Shown here: piece after piece, positions 40,920 to 48,898 of the stretch
Position numbering within the stretch: position 1 is the stretch's first letter
Layout of the letters: every line of letters starts with the position of its first letter
Assembly: GCA_041665005.1 (NCBI GenBank)
Contig: JBAYJR010000004.1
Location: 20,669 to 84,668, forward strand
Length of the DNA stretch: 64,000 bases
From: Candidatus Buchananbacteria bacterium
Lineage (GTDB): Bacteria > Patescibacteriota > Patescibacteriia > 2-01-FULL-39-33 > JBAYJR01
Direction: 5' to 3'
The notes under the pieces: generated by a model
Told to the model about the DNA's origin: nothing
The model's input: the letters and a program-made list of their open reading frames with translations, nothing else
Database searches by the model: none
Made by a program: the position numbers and the translations under genes

Positions 40920-41555
40920 TTATTTTGCCAGCTGTAATGAACTTAACCTTGATTGATTGTCCAAATAATTACCAATCGCTAAAATATCCACCCCGGCTTT
41001 TACTATTTTTGAAGTAATTTCAAGCTTAACTCCCCCATCAACTTCTATTATAGCACGAGGAAATAACTGACGTAACTGCATAATCCGAGCTAATTGTTTA
41101 GGATCAAATTTTTGCCCACCGCGGCCCGGCGCTACCGACATTACCAAAATTAAGGGTTTAGTTTGTTGTTTTAAATAAGGAATGATCTTGATTAAATTAG
41201 TCTGCGGATTAATTGCCAAACAAAACTCTCGCTTATTTTTTTGCAACAATTCTTGTAAAGCTAAAAATTTTGCCTGATTTAAAGTTTCAACGTGAATAAT
41301 AAATTTTAAAACCTGTTTAACTGCTAGCCATTGTTGCACATAAACCATCGGATTTTTTACCATTAAGTGCACCTCCCATTTAAACCCGGCAATGTTTTTG
41401 ACCGCCTGGGGTTTAAGCCAAGTAACCGGCTTAGTAAACTTACCGTCAACAATATCTAATTGTGCTGTAGCTAGCCTTAATTTTTTTAAAACCACTAACC
41501 GATCTAAAAAATCTTTTTGGCTCCTGGCTAAAATTGTTGGCACAATTTTTACCAT
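40920..41555 (-). CDS. rpe: Ribulose-phosphate 3-epimerase
   Basis: VPTILARS, QLDIVDGKF and EVHLMV motifs of the Rpe TIM barrel. Confidence 0.75.
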   Translation of the reverse strand: MVKIVPTILARSQKDFLDRLVVLKKLRLATAQLDIVDGKFTKPVTWLKPQAVKNIAGFKWEVHLMVKNPMVYVQQWLAVKQVLKFIIHVETLNQAKFLALQELLQKNKREFCLAINPQTNLIKIIPYLKQQTKPLILVMSVAPGRGGQKFDPKQLARIMQLRQLFPRAIIEVDGGVKLEITSKIVKAGVDILAIGNYLDNQSRLSSLQLAK

Positions 41556-41557
41556 AT

Positions 41558-41995
41558 TTATTTTTCTAAGTCAGCAATTTGCGCTAAACGACGACGATGC
41601 CTAGCCTCACCAGAAAATTTAGTTTGTAACCACTGTAAAACTAATTTAATGGCTAATTGTTGATCAAATTGACGCGCCCGTAAACTGGCAATATTAGCAT
41701 TGTTATGTAAACGCGACATTTTGGCGGTATAAGCATCATAAATTGGCGTCGCCCGTGCTCCTTTAACTTTATTAGCCGCAATCTCCATACCTTCGCCACT
41801 GCCACAAATTAAAACACCGCGATTATTTTTATTTTTAACTACCGATTTAGCCACCGCCGCGGCCACTAAGGGATAATCTACGGATTGAGTAGTATTAGTA
41901 CCTAAATCAACAAATTTAAGTTTTTTTTGCTCCAAAACTTTTTTTAATTTGGCTTTCAATTGGTAACCGGCATGATCCGCACCTAAATAAATCAT
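41558..41995 (-). CDS. rpiB: Ribose-5-phosphate isomerase B
   Basis: MIYLGADHAGYQLK...GVLICGSGEGMEIAANK is a canonical RpiB/LacAB fold. Confidence 0.85.
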   Translation of the reverse strand: MIYLGADHAGYQLKAKLKKVLEQKKLKFVDLGTNTTQSVDYPLVAAAVAKSVVKNKNNRGVLICGSGEGMEIAANKVKGARATPIYDAYTAKMSRLHNNANIASLRARQFDQQLAIKLVLQWLQTKFSGEARHRRRLAQIADLEK

Positions 41996-41996
41996 A

Positions 41997-43493
41997 TTAT
42001 TTGATGGTATAAATTTTTAATTTTTTAATGGCCGCTAAAGCCATATTAATCCGTTCTTGATTGGCGGCATACATAGTAAAGATTCGGTCGCCTTTTTTAA
42101 TTTTTTGACCCAATCGCACATTTAAATAAAGTCCCGCCAACTTATCCAACGGTGTTCCTAAAATTCTAGCAATTTCGGAAATCCGCTTATTATCAACTAT
42201 TCTTACTTTACCCGTTTTATCAGCATTGACATAAGATTTAACTGCCGACAAAGTAATCTTTTCCGAATCAATTTGACCATTGCCGCCCTGAGCAGTAATA
42301 ATCTCTTGCATCTTTTTCCAAGCTTGGCCGGATTTCAAAGCCGCGGTAGCCATTTTGATTCCCTGACCCTTTTTGGCCTTACCACATAATTCTAACAACT
42401 TACCGGATAGAAAAATTGATTTTTTTTCTAAGTCCAGTGGCCGATTTTCTTTTTGTTGTAATACCCGCAAAACATCGCGGGCTTCTAACGCCGGACCCAC
42501 TCCCCGCCCAATCGGTTCTAAGGCAGCGGTAAACACCACTTCACATTTAATATCAAACTTTTTGGCTAAAAACAAAAATTTTTCTCTAATCATCTTGGCT
42601 ACCTTTAAATTTGGCACCTTAGCTGTTGGTCCAACCGGCACATCAATAATTAAATATTTAATATCGCAGGCCACTTTTTTAGCCATAATTGACACTAACA
42701 TTTTACTGTAAGGTTCTAATGACAACGGATAAGATACTTGAATAATTTTATCATCAGCGGGTGCTAAATTTAAACCACCACCCCAAACAATACAGCTATG
42801 ATGTTCTTGCACGATACTTTTAATCCGACTGGTTTTTAAGGCGACTGGCGCTAAAACCTCCATCGTATCTGCGGTCCCCGCTGGTGAAGTAATGGCTCGC
42901 GAAGAAGTTTTGGGAATCGTTAAACCTAAACTGGCAATAATTGGAATCGTCACCATCGTAGTGCGATTACCCGGCAAACCGCCAATTGAATGTTTATCTA
43001 CCACCACGCCCCTAAATTTTAAAGTTTCTCCGGTTTTCGCGGTGGCTTTAGTTAAATAAAAAAGTTCTTCATTAGAATAATCATGAACAAATCCCGACGC
43101 CACAAAATAGGCAATTTCGGTCATGGACAGACGATTATTAACAATATCTTTAATAATATTTTCAATTTCTTCGTAAGATAAAGAATGCCCTAATAACTTT
43201 TTTTTAATTGCTTCAATGGATGGTGGGCGCGAAACAAAATGCATTTCTACTAATTCACTGGCCTCGACCGGATAATTTTTCCAAACTTCTTTATAAAAAC
43301 CAATTTGCCCCCGCTTGACTTCTTCGCGCGATAAATTAGCTGAAGCCACCACATTTTGGCCGCGCCAATTTATCTTAATGCGATCGCCCGCCTTAATACC
43401 CAAGTGCCAGGCTTCGTCAGTATTTAAAACCACCACCAAGTGTTCTTGCCCGACTGTAATATCTAATTTTTTTGCTTTAAGAAAAAAAGCCAT
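41997..43493 (-). CDS. AMP phosphorylase / thymidine phosphorylase family protein with N-terminal extension (DeoA-like)
   Basis: 498 aa with glycosyl-transferase family 3 motifs (DKHSIGGLPGNRTT, SRAITSPAGTADT) plus a ~90-aa N-terminal domain, as in archaeal-type AMP phosphorylases. Confidence 0.7.
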   Translation of the reverse strand: MAFFLKAKKLDITVGQEHLVVVLNTDEAWHLGIKAGDRIKINWRGQNVVASANLSREEVKRGQIGFYKEVWKNYPVEASELVEMHFVSRPPSIEAIKKKLLGHSLSYEEIENIIKDIVNNRLSMTEIAYFVASGFVHDYSNEELFYLTKATAKTGETLKFRGVVVDKHSIGGLPGNRTTMVTIPIIASLGLTIPKTSSRAITSPAGTADTMEVLAPVALKTSRIKSIVQEHHSCIVWGGGLNLAPADDKIIQVSYPLSLEPYSKMLVSIMAKKVACDIKYLIIDVPVGPTAKVPNLKVAKMIREKFLFLAKKFDIKCEVVFTAALEPIGRGVGPALEARDVLRVLQQKENRPLDLEKKSIFLSGKLLELCGKAKKGQGIKMATAALKSGQAWKKMQEIITAQGGNGQIDSEKITLSAVKSYVNADKTGKVRIVDNKRISEIARILGTPLDKLAGLYLNVRLGQKIKKGDRIFTMYAANQERINMALAAIKKLKIYTIK

Positions 43494-43498
43494 AAATA

Positions 43499-44122
43499 TT
43501 ATTTATTTTTTAACTTAGAATTTTTAAAATATTTAACCGCTAAAGTTTTACCGGCTTGATTTAAAATTAATTGATAAACATCACCTGTTTCTAAGGGCCA
43601 ATGATGCAACTGGTTCAGATCCTTTTTCTGCCAAGCCAGCAAACCATAACGAATGGTGTCGGCATGAGAAACTACCACAATATTCTGACCGACGTGTTTT
43701 TTGGCTACCAATTTAATAAATTTAACTACCCGTTTAGCTACTTGGATAGCCTTTTCCCCAGTAATTTGCTTGGCCGGATTTTTAAGGTGAATCTGCCAAT
43801 TAATTGGGTCTTGTTTAATTATTTGTTTAATATACAAACCGGCCCAAGGATGATTCCATTCATTTAACAAATTATTTTTTACCGCTTTGGCTAAACAATA
43901 ATCCCCAATAATTTTAGCAGTTTGAGCGGTACGTAACAACGGACTGGTATAAATTTTACTAATCTCTTTGAACGTTAACCAACGCCCTACTCTTTTAATT
44001 TGTTTAACGCCGGTTTGACTTAAAGGATAACCAGGCAGACGACCGTATAAAAAATCGCTACGACCAATCACGTCGCCATGGCGAACCAGATAAACATTAG
44101 TTTTTTTAAGCAGGCTTTTCAT
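43499..44122 (-). CDS. Histidine phosphatase (phosphoglycerate-mutase-like) family protein
   Basis: Start at the internal ATG (the track ORF 43499..44197 overlaps trxB). Contains the RHG motif (VYLVRHGDV) and downstream His (VVSHADTI). Confidence 0.65.
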   Translation of the reverse strand: MKSLLKKTNVYLVRHGDVIGRSDFLYGRLPGYPLSQTGVKQIKRVGRWLTFKEISKIYTSPLLRTAQTAKIIGDYCLAKAVKNNLLNEWNHPWAGLYIKQIIKQDPINWQIHLKNPAKQITGEKAIQVAKRVVKFIKLVAKKHVGQNIVVVSHADTIRYGLLAWQKKDLNQLHHWPLETGDVYQLILNQAGKTLAVKYFKNSKLKNK

Positions 44123-44123
44123 A

Positions 44124-45044
44124 TTACCAGGCAGTCGTTTTACCCAAAACCAATTCGGTAGCCGACATGGCCGCCTTAGCTCCTTCCCCAGCCGCAATTA
44201 CTGTTTGTTTATAAGGTGTGTCGGTAATATCACCGGCGGCAAAAATTCCTGGCACCGAAGTAGCATTCTTTTCATTAATTTTTATTTCTCCCTTATCGTT
44301 TAATTCAACAATTCCTTGCAACCACTCCGTCGCCGGGACATAACCAATTTCCACAAACACCCCGTTAACGGCCAAAGTTTTGGTCTGCTGTTCGTGTTCC
44401 ACAACAATTCCTTGAACTATTCGATCGCCGATAATTTCCTGTACCTTGGCGCCAGTTAAAACCTGAATATTTGGACTATTCAAAACCTGTTCCTGACGAA
44501 CTCTTTCTCCCCGCAAATCCGGTAAGGCTTCAATTAAATACACCTGGGGACAATAAGCCGCTAACTGCAAAGCGGCGGCTAAACCAGAATTACCTCCCCC
44601 GACTACCGCCACCGGTTTATTCTTAAATAACGGGCCATCGCAAGTAGCACAATAGGTAACTCCTTTGCCATAAAATTCTTTTTCTCCCACCGCATTTAAT
44701 TGTCGGGAATTTTTACCAGCCGCAATAATAACTGTTTTAGCTAAAAAATTAGTTTGGTCAGCTAAAGTTAGTTGATAACCTTCGGCCAGCGCTGAAATTT
44801 TTACCGCTTCTACGGCAATCTTTATTTCTACGCTAGACAAAGCCTTAACCTGTTCTAGCATTTTTTGACTTAAAATAAGTCCAGAAACTTCTAAAAAGCC
44901 TGGAAAGTTTTGAATGCAATGCGACAAAGCTGTTTGTCCGCCAATATTTTTGATTAACAACAAAGTTTTTAATTGTTGCCGACCACAATAAATTGCCGCC
45001 GTTAAACCGGCTGGCCCACCGCCTAAAATTATCACTTCGTACAT
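44124..45044 (-). CDS. trxB: Thioredoxin-disulfide reductase
   Basis: FAD GxGxxG (ILGGGPAGLTAA), redox-active CATCDG and an NADPH site. Confidence 0.9.
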   Translation of the reverse strand: MYEVIILGGGPAGLTAAIYCGRQQLKTLLLIKNIGGQTALSHCIQNFPGFLEVSGLILSQKMLEQVKALSSVEIKIAVEAVKISALAEGYQLTLADQTNFLAKTVIIAAGKNSRQLNAVGEKEFYGKGVTYCATCDGPLFKNKPVAVVGGGNSGLAAALQLAAYCPQVYLIEALPDLRGERVRQEQVLNSPNIQVLTGAKVQEIIGDRIVQGIVVEHEQQTKTLAVNGVFVEIGYVPATEWLQGIVELNDKGEIKINEKNATSVPGIFAAGDITDTPYKQTVIAAGEGAKAAMSATELVLGKTTAW

Positions 45045-45097
45045 AGAATTTAGTTAATATTTTCACTCTTATTATAGAGGATTTTGACAATTTTGGC

Positions 45098-45130
45098 AAA
45101 GAAAAAAGACGGGTTTTAAATTACCCGTCT
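45098..45130 (-). terminator. Intrinsic terminator for the fabZ-like gene
   Basis: AGACGGGT-n8-ACCCGTCT 8-bp stem, followed on the minus strand by UUUUUUCUUU. Confidence 0.6.
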
Positions 45131-45140
45131 ATAACTATTC

Positions 45141-45596
45141 CTATGGCTGTTCAACTAAGGCCCCGGTGAATTCACCGAAAGCCACTAGCTGACCATTACA
45201 ACGAACCTCCCCCTTAAACTTATAAATATTACCCCGGCTCTTCAGTAGCCAGACCTTTGTCTCCAAAAATCTAGTTCTGACCGGAAGCAACCAACGCATT
45301 TTTTCAGCACTGGCCAAAGCCGGCATTATAGCCTTACCATGGCTAGTCTGACTAATCCTTAGTGACAACACCGCGCCAGCCTGGGCCATAGCCTCAGCCA
45401 TTAAATACCCAGGGAATACCTTAAAGTGATCCGAAAACAGCTTTTCCGACAACCCAACCTGACAAATAATATAAGGTTTGCCATTGTCAGAATCATCTTC
45501 GGTAAAAATTTCTGCCGACTGCAACAGGGCCAAATCGCCACGATGCGGTATCAGGTTATAAATCATCTCCTGATTACCAAAAAAAATGTAGGCCAT
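45141..45596 (-). CDS. FabZ/FabA-like hot-dog fold dehydratase
   Basis: 151 aa with IPHRGDLALLQ (compare LPHRYPFLLVD) and a hot-dog core. Confidence 0.55.
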   Translation of the reverse strand: MAYIFFGNQEMIYNLIPHRGDLALLQSAEIFTEDDSDNGKPYIICQVGLSEKLFSDHFKVFPGYLMAEAMAQAGAVLSLRISQTSHGKAIMPALASAEKMRWLLPVRTRFLETKVWLLKSRGNIYKFKGEVRCNGQLVAFGEFTGALVEQP

Positions 45597-45699
45597 AGTC
45601 TTCCTCCTTTTAAATAGTTGCTTAATTTATAGCAAAGATTAAGCTTTTTGTCAATCCACCAAAGTAACTAAACTTACTGGCGAAGCAAAAAACACCCAA

Positions 45700-45733
45700 C
45701 CAAAAAACCGCCCAAAATTTGGACGGTTTTTTT
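45700..45733 (-). terminator. Intrinsic terminator for hup
   Basis: AAAACCG...CGGTTTT inverted repeat with an internal CCAAA/TTTGG and a flanking T-run. Confidence 0.55.
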
Positions 45734-45744
45734 AGTGCTAAAAA

Positions 45745-46029
45745 CTATAAAATAGCTTCTTTGGTAGCTTTAGCCACGCGGAACTTAACTACAGTCTTGG
45801 CGGGAATTTTAATTTGTTCACCCGTCGCTGGGTTGCGACCCATTCTGGCATCGCGATGCTTTTTGACCAGCTTACCTAAACCGGGAACCGTAAATTCGCC
45901 AGCGCTTTTAACTTGCGCATAAGCGACTTCAGTCATTGCTTCTAAAACGGCGGCCACATCTTTCTTGGCTTGACCAGTCTTTGAGGCAATGGCTTCCAAA
46001 ATTTGAGCTTTGGTTAAACCTTTAGCCAT
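45745..46029 (-). CDS. hup: DNA-binding protein HU
   Basis: 94 aa, MAKGLTKAQILEAIASKTG...GEFTVPGLGKL...RNPATGEQIKIPAKTVVKF, a canonical HU/IHF fold. Confidence 0.9.
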   Translation of the reverse strand: MAKGLTKAQILEAIASKTGQAKKDVAAVLEAMTEVAYAQVKSAGEFTVPGLGKLVKKHRDARMGRNPATGEQIKIPAKTVVKFRVAKATKEAIL

Positions 46030-46262
46030 AGGCTTATGTAAATTAATTATTAATCTTGCTTTTGAGGCACCTTCATTATAGCAGATTCCTTAACAAACAT
46101 TAAGAAAGTGTCAATACCGACCGAACCAAAATCAACTTTAATGATTTGTTACAACTGAAAAATAGCAATCACCAACTTAAAAAATATCTCTAAAAAATAA
46201 AATTGCTAGGTTAATATTATCTAATTTCTTGGCTAAATTAAGCCTTTTTGTTCCTAAAAAAC

Positions 46263-48311
46263 TTACAAAGCCAACTCTTTTACTTTCTCCCAAGTAGCTT
46301 CATTTATAACTATAATTTTTTGCTGACCAATTAAATATAAATAATCATTAAGATATACTGCTCGGGAAATCGCCTCCCCGCTAATAGCTTTAGTTAGTTG
46401 CAACTGATCTTTAGCATAAGAGAAAATATAGCCACCCTGACCACCCGGCAAGAAAAATACCTCTTTTTTTTCATCCTGCAAAAAAGCATGATGATTATTA
46501 ATCGCCTCAGAATAGTATTCATTTAACAAATATTTACTAACTTCCTGTGGCGCCTGCGGGTTGCTAACATCAAACAACGACAATTTTACTTGCGAACCTT
46601 CCTGACCCACCCCTAAAATTTTATGTTCCGCCAAAGGATGTAGGTAGCCGGAGTAACCTGGAATTTTTAACTCCCCGGACAAACGAGGTGCTTTAGGATT
46701 ACTTAAATCCAAAACATAAAATGGATCAGTTTGTCTAAAAGTAACCACATAGCCTTGACCAGCAATAAAACGCACAGCATAAATTCTTTCACTTAACCCT
46801 AAATCTTTAACAGCACCTAAAATACCCAAACTGCCATCCAAGACATAAACATCATTAGTGGATTTAACGCTGCCAACATTAACCGGAAAACCCCACCAGC
46901 CATTATTACCAATTGCCGTAGCAACCCGTAAATTACCTTGATACTCATCTAAAGAAAATTGATTGAGCGGATAACCCGGCACCACCCCAGTGGCCATAAC
47001 GGTAAATTTAGCTAAACTAATTTTCATAATGCCGGTTGATTCGGTCTGCCGTAAATTTGCTTGATAATAAACACTTAGTTGATTGGCTAAATCATTTTGT
47101 TTTTGTAATTTTTCATCGGCACCAAGACTATTAAAATATTTTTCCAAAATCGCCTGCATTTCTAAGCGCTTGGCTGGCGCGCTTAAATCATAGCTATTTA
47201 ATTTAACTAATTTTTGCAACACTTCGTTAGGAATAGTTTTTTGACCCGTGGTCTGAAAAAAATCCAGCAAAAAGGCTACCGTGTCTCCTTGATAAGAATA
47301 AGTCAAATACAAATTATCATTGGACATATACACCAGACTTTGAGCGGAGGAACCAGTCACTGCCGTCTTTTTATCAACCTGACCAGAAACCGGATCAATC
47401 GCTAAAATTGAAAAAGTAACATCGGTCGGTACCGCGGTAATTGGATGATAAATTTCCGTACACGGCAACACCAAAGATTTTTCCCCGAGCTTTAATAAAG
47501 GCATCGGACAAGGCTGGTTATAATTTATATAATTTTGCGTGATTAAATACAATTTACCGTCTTTTAAGCGCGCCGTTTTTAAACTAGTATTTTCCGCTAA
47601 ACTAATCTGCCATTTTTCTACTGGCGCTTGCGGATTATCAACCGCAAAACCAAAAATTTTCTGGTCAGCCAATACCACTAATATTTTTTTATCTTTAATT
47701 ACCAATAAATCTCCTGACTGTTTAATCTCTCCGGCCTTCGCTAAACTAGTGGGTGGCCAAGCGGTAATAATTTGAGTCAAACCAACTGGCGTTTGATAAG
47801 GCGGCATCGCTCTAATACTATCAACCGGAGCCATCATTGGCTGAACCTTTGAATAATATAATTGCTGACCAGAATAATAAATATTTTGGCCATCAGTTTT
47901 TACAATGTCCGGCTCATCAATGCCTAGCACTTGAACATTGGTTTCCGATACCCGCGCTGGTGTAGCTATGGCTTTATCACTACTAGGCGCGCTAACTGCC
48001 ATTCCTTCGGACCTCGCGTTAAGTGTTGCTATTCCGCCACTAACGCCAGAGCCACTACTCAAATCTTGGGTCAAGGTTAAATATTTTTTAAAATCATCAA
48101 CCGAGGCAAATTGCTTAATGGTCTCCGAAACCTTTTTTGACTGTTTGATTTCTTCGGCGCTCGGTGGCGGTAAAATACCATTTAAATAAATTACCGGCTG
48201 ATAAATTAAACTTAGTTGCCACCACATCATTAATAATACCGCCACAGCCAAAATGATAATTAACGGCACGGCTAATTTATCAGAAACTGATTTTTTAAAA
48301 GGATTTACCAT
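46263..48311 (-). CDS. Secreted/membrane-anchored beta-propeller domain protein
   Basis: 682 aa with an N-terminal TM/signal anchor (LAVPLIIILAVAVLLMMWW) and a long beta-rich repeat architecture similar to 'beta-propeller domain' proteins of Firmicutes/Archaea. Confidence 0.45.
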   Translation of the reverse strand: MVNPFKKSVSDKLAVPLIIILAVAVLLMMWWQLSLIYQPVIYLNGILPPPSAEEIKQSKKVSETIKQFASVDDFKKYLTLTQDLSSGSGVSGGIATLNARSEGMAVSAPSSDKAIATPARVSETNVQVLGIDEPDIVKTDGQNIYYSGQQLYYSKVQPMMAPVDSIRAMPPYQTPVGLTQIITAWPPTSLAKAGEIKQSGDLLVIKDKKILVVLADQKIFGFAVDNPQAPVEKWQISLAENTSLKTARLKDGKLYLITQNYINYNQPCPMPLLKLGEKSLVLPCTEIYHPITAVPTDVTFSILAIDPVSGQVDKKTAVTGSSAQSLVYMSNDNLYLTYSYQGDTVAFLLDFFQTTGQKTIPNEVLQKLVKLNSYDLSAPAKRLEMQAILEKYFNSLGADEKLQKQNDLANQLSVYYQANLRQTESTGIMKISLAKFTVMATGVVPGYPLNQFSLDEYQGNLRVATAIGNNGWWGFPVNVGSVKSTNDVYVLDGSLGILGAVKDLGLSERIYAVRFIAGQGYVVTFRQTDPFYVLDLSNPKAPRLSGELKIPGYSGYLHPLAEHKILGVGQEGSQVKLSLFDVSNPQAPQEVSKYLLNEYYSEAINNHHAFLQDEKKEVFFLPGGQGGYIFSYAKDQLQLTKAISGEAISRAVYLNDYLYLIGQQKIIVINEATWEKVKELAL

Positions 48312-48458
48312 AAAATTTTCGCTAAATTAAATTTTTAAGACTACCTGAATTATAGCAAAAAATCAGGGTTGATGCTATTACTGTAACAATTTAAGGGTTT
48401 TCACGTCTACTCAAGTGCCTGGCAATTTGGATAATTTTGTTTTAAGAAGGAGGATAAA

Positions 48459-48563
48459 ATGGGTATCTACCAAATTTTACAATTAAAATTACCTCAAGTA
48501 GATGCAGTACAGATTGGCATTTTGCTAATTGTGCTGGTGACCGTAAGATTATTTTTAAGATAA
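48459..48563 (+). CDS. Candidate small ORF (34 aa), Ile/Leu/Val-rich hydrophobic peptide
   Basis: Strong RBS AAGAAGGAGG 7 nt upstream of the ATG. Peptide MGIYQILQLKLPQVDAVQIGILLIVLVTVRLFLR; an intrinsic terminator at 48647-48673 follows. Either a micro-membrane protein or a branched-chain amino-acid leader peptide. Confidence 0.3.
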   Translation: MGIYQILQLKLPQVDAVQIGILLIVLVTVRLFLR

Positions 48564-48646
48564 AGGCCACCAAACCCAACAAGGAAAGACGCTGTCTAAG
48601 CCTTACTAAAATAAGACTTATACACCACTTTTCCTTAAAACTCAAA

Positions 48647-48673
48647 CCCCACAAATTTATTTGCGGGGTTTTT
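48647..48673 (+). terminator. Intrinsic terminator
   Basis: CCCCACAAAT-tt-ATTTGCGGGG (one mismatch) followed by TTTTT. Confidence 0.55.
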
Positions 48674-48680
48674 ACAACTC

Positions 48681-48709
48681 TTGACAAAGTTTTAGCCCCG
48701 CGCTATGCT
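48681..48709 (+). promoter_or_regulatory. Candidate promoter for the leu leader/leuA transcript
   Basis: TTGACA at 48681-48686, a 17-nt spacer, then TATGCT at 48704-48709. Confidence 0.45.
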
Positions 48710-48721
48710 TAATTTAAGTAT

Positions 48722-48805
48722 ATGTTTAAAATTATTAAACCAATCCAAACCGGACTAAACCTAAATTTGTTAGGCTTGTTGTTATCGCCGGCTAGGTTTG
48801 GCTGA
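48722..48805 (+). CDS. Candidate leucine-rich leader peptide (27 aa) of the leuA attenuator
   Basis: MFKIIKPIQTGLNLNLLGLLLSPARFG: 7 Leu codons among 10 consecutive codons (CTA AAC CTA AAT TTG TTA GGC TTG TTG TTA). The stop lies inside alternative stem-forming sequence. Confidence 0.45.
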   Translation: MFKIIKPIQTGLNLNLLGLLLSPARFG

Positions 48806-48834
48806 TAGTTTTTAAACACCGTTACGTGTTAGCC

Positions 48835-48862
48835 GCCTAGCCTCAGTCAGCTAGGTTTTTTT
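48835..48862 (+). terminator. Attenuator terminator hairpin immediately upstream of leuA
   Basis: CCTAGC-ctcagtca-GCTAGG stem followed by TTTTTTT, ending 36 nt before the leuA RBS GGAAGGAGGG. The upstream GGCTAGG (48790-48796) can alternatively pair with CCTAGCC (48836-48842) as an antiterminator. Confidence 0.5.
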
Positions 48863-48898
48863 GTACCTTACAATTAAAACAGGAAGGAGGGACATTAT

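Noticed and set aside
48442-48687. 81-aa minus-strand ORF in the leuA upstream region
   Set aside because: It is antisense to the strongly RBS-driven small ORF, terminator and promoter signals. No RBS or partner context.
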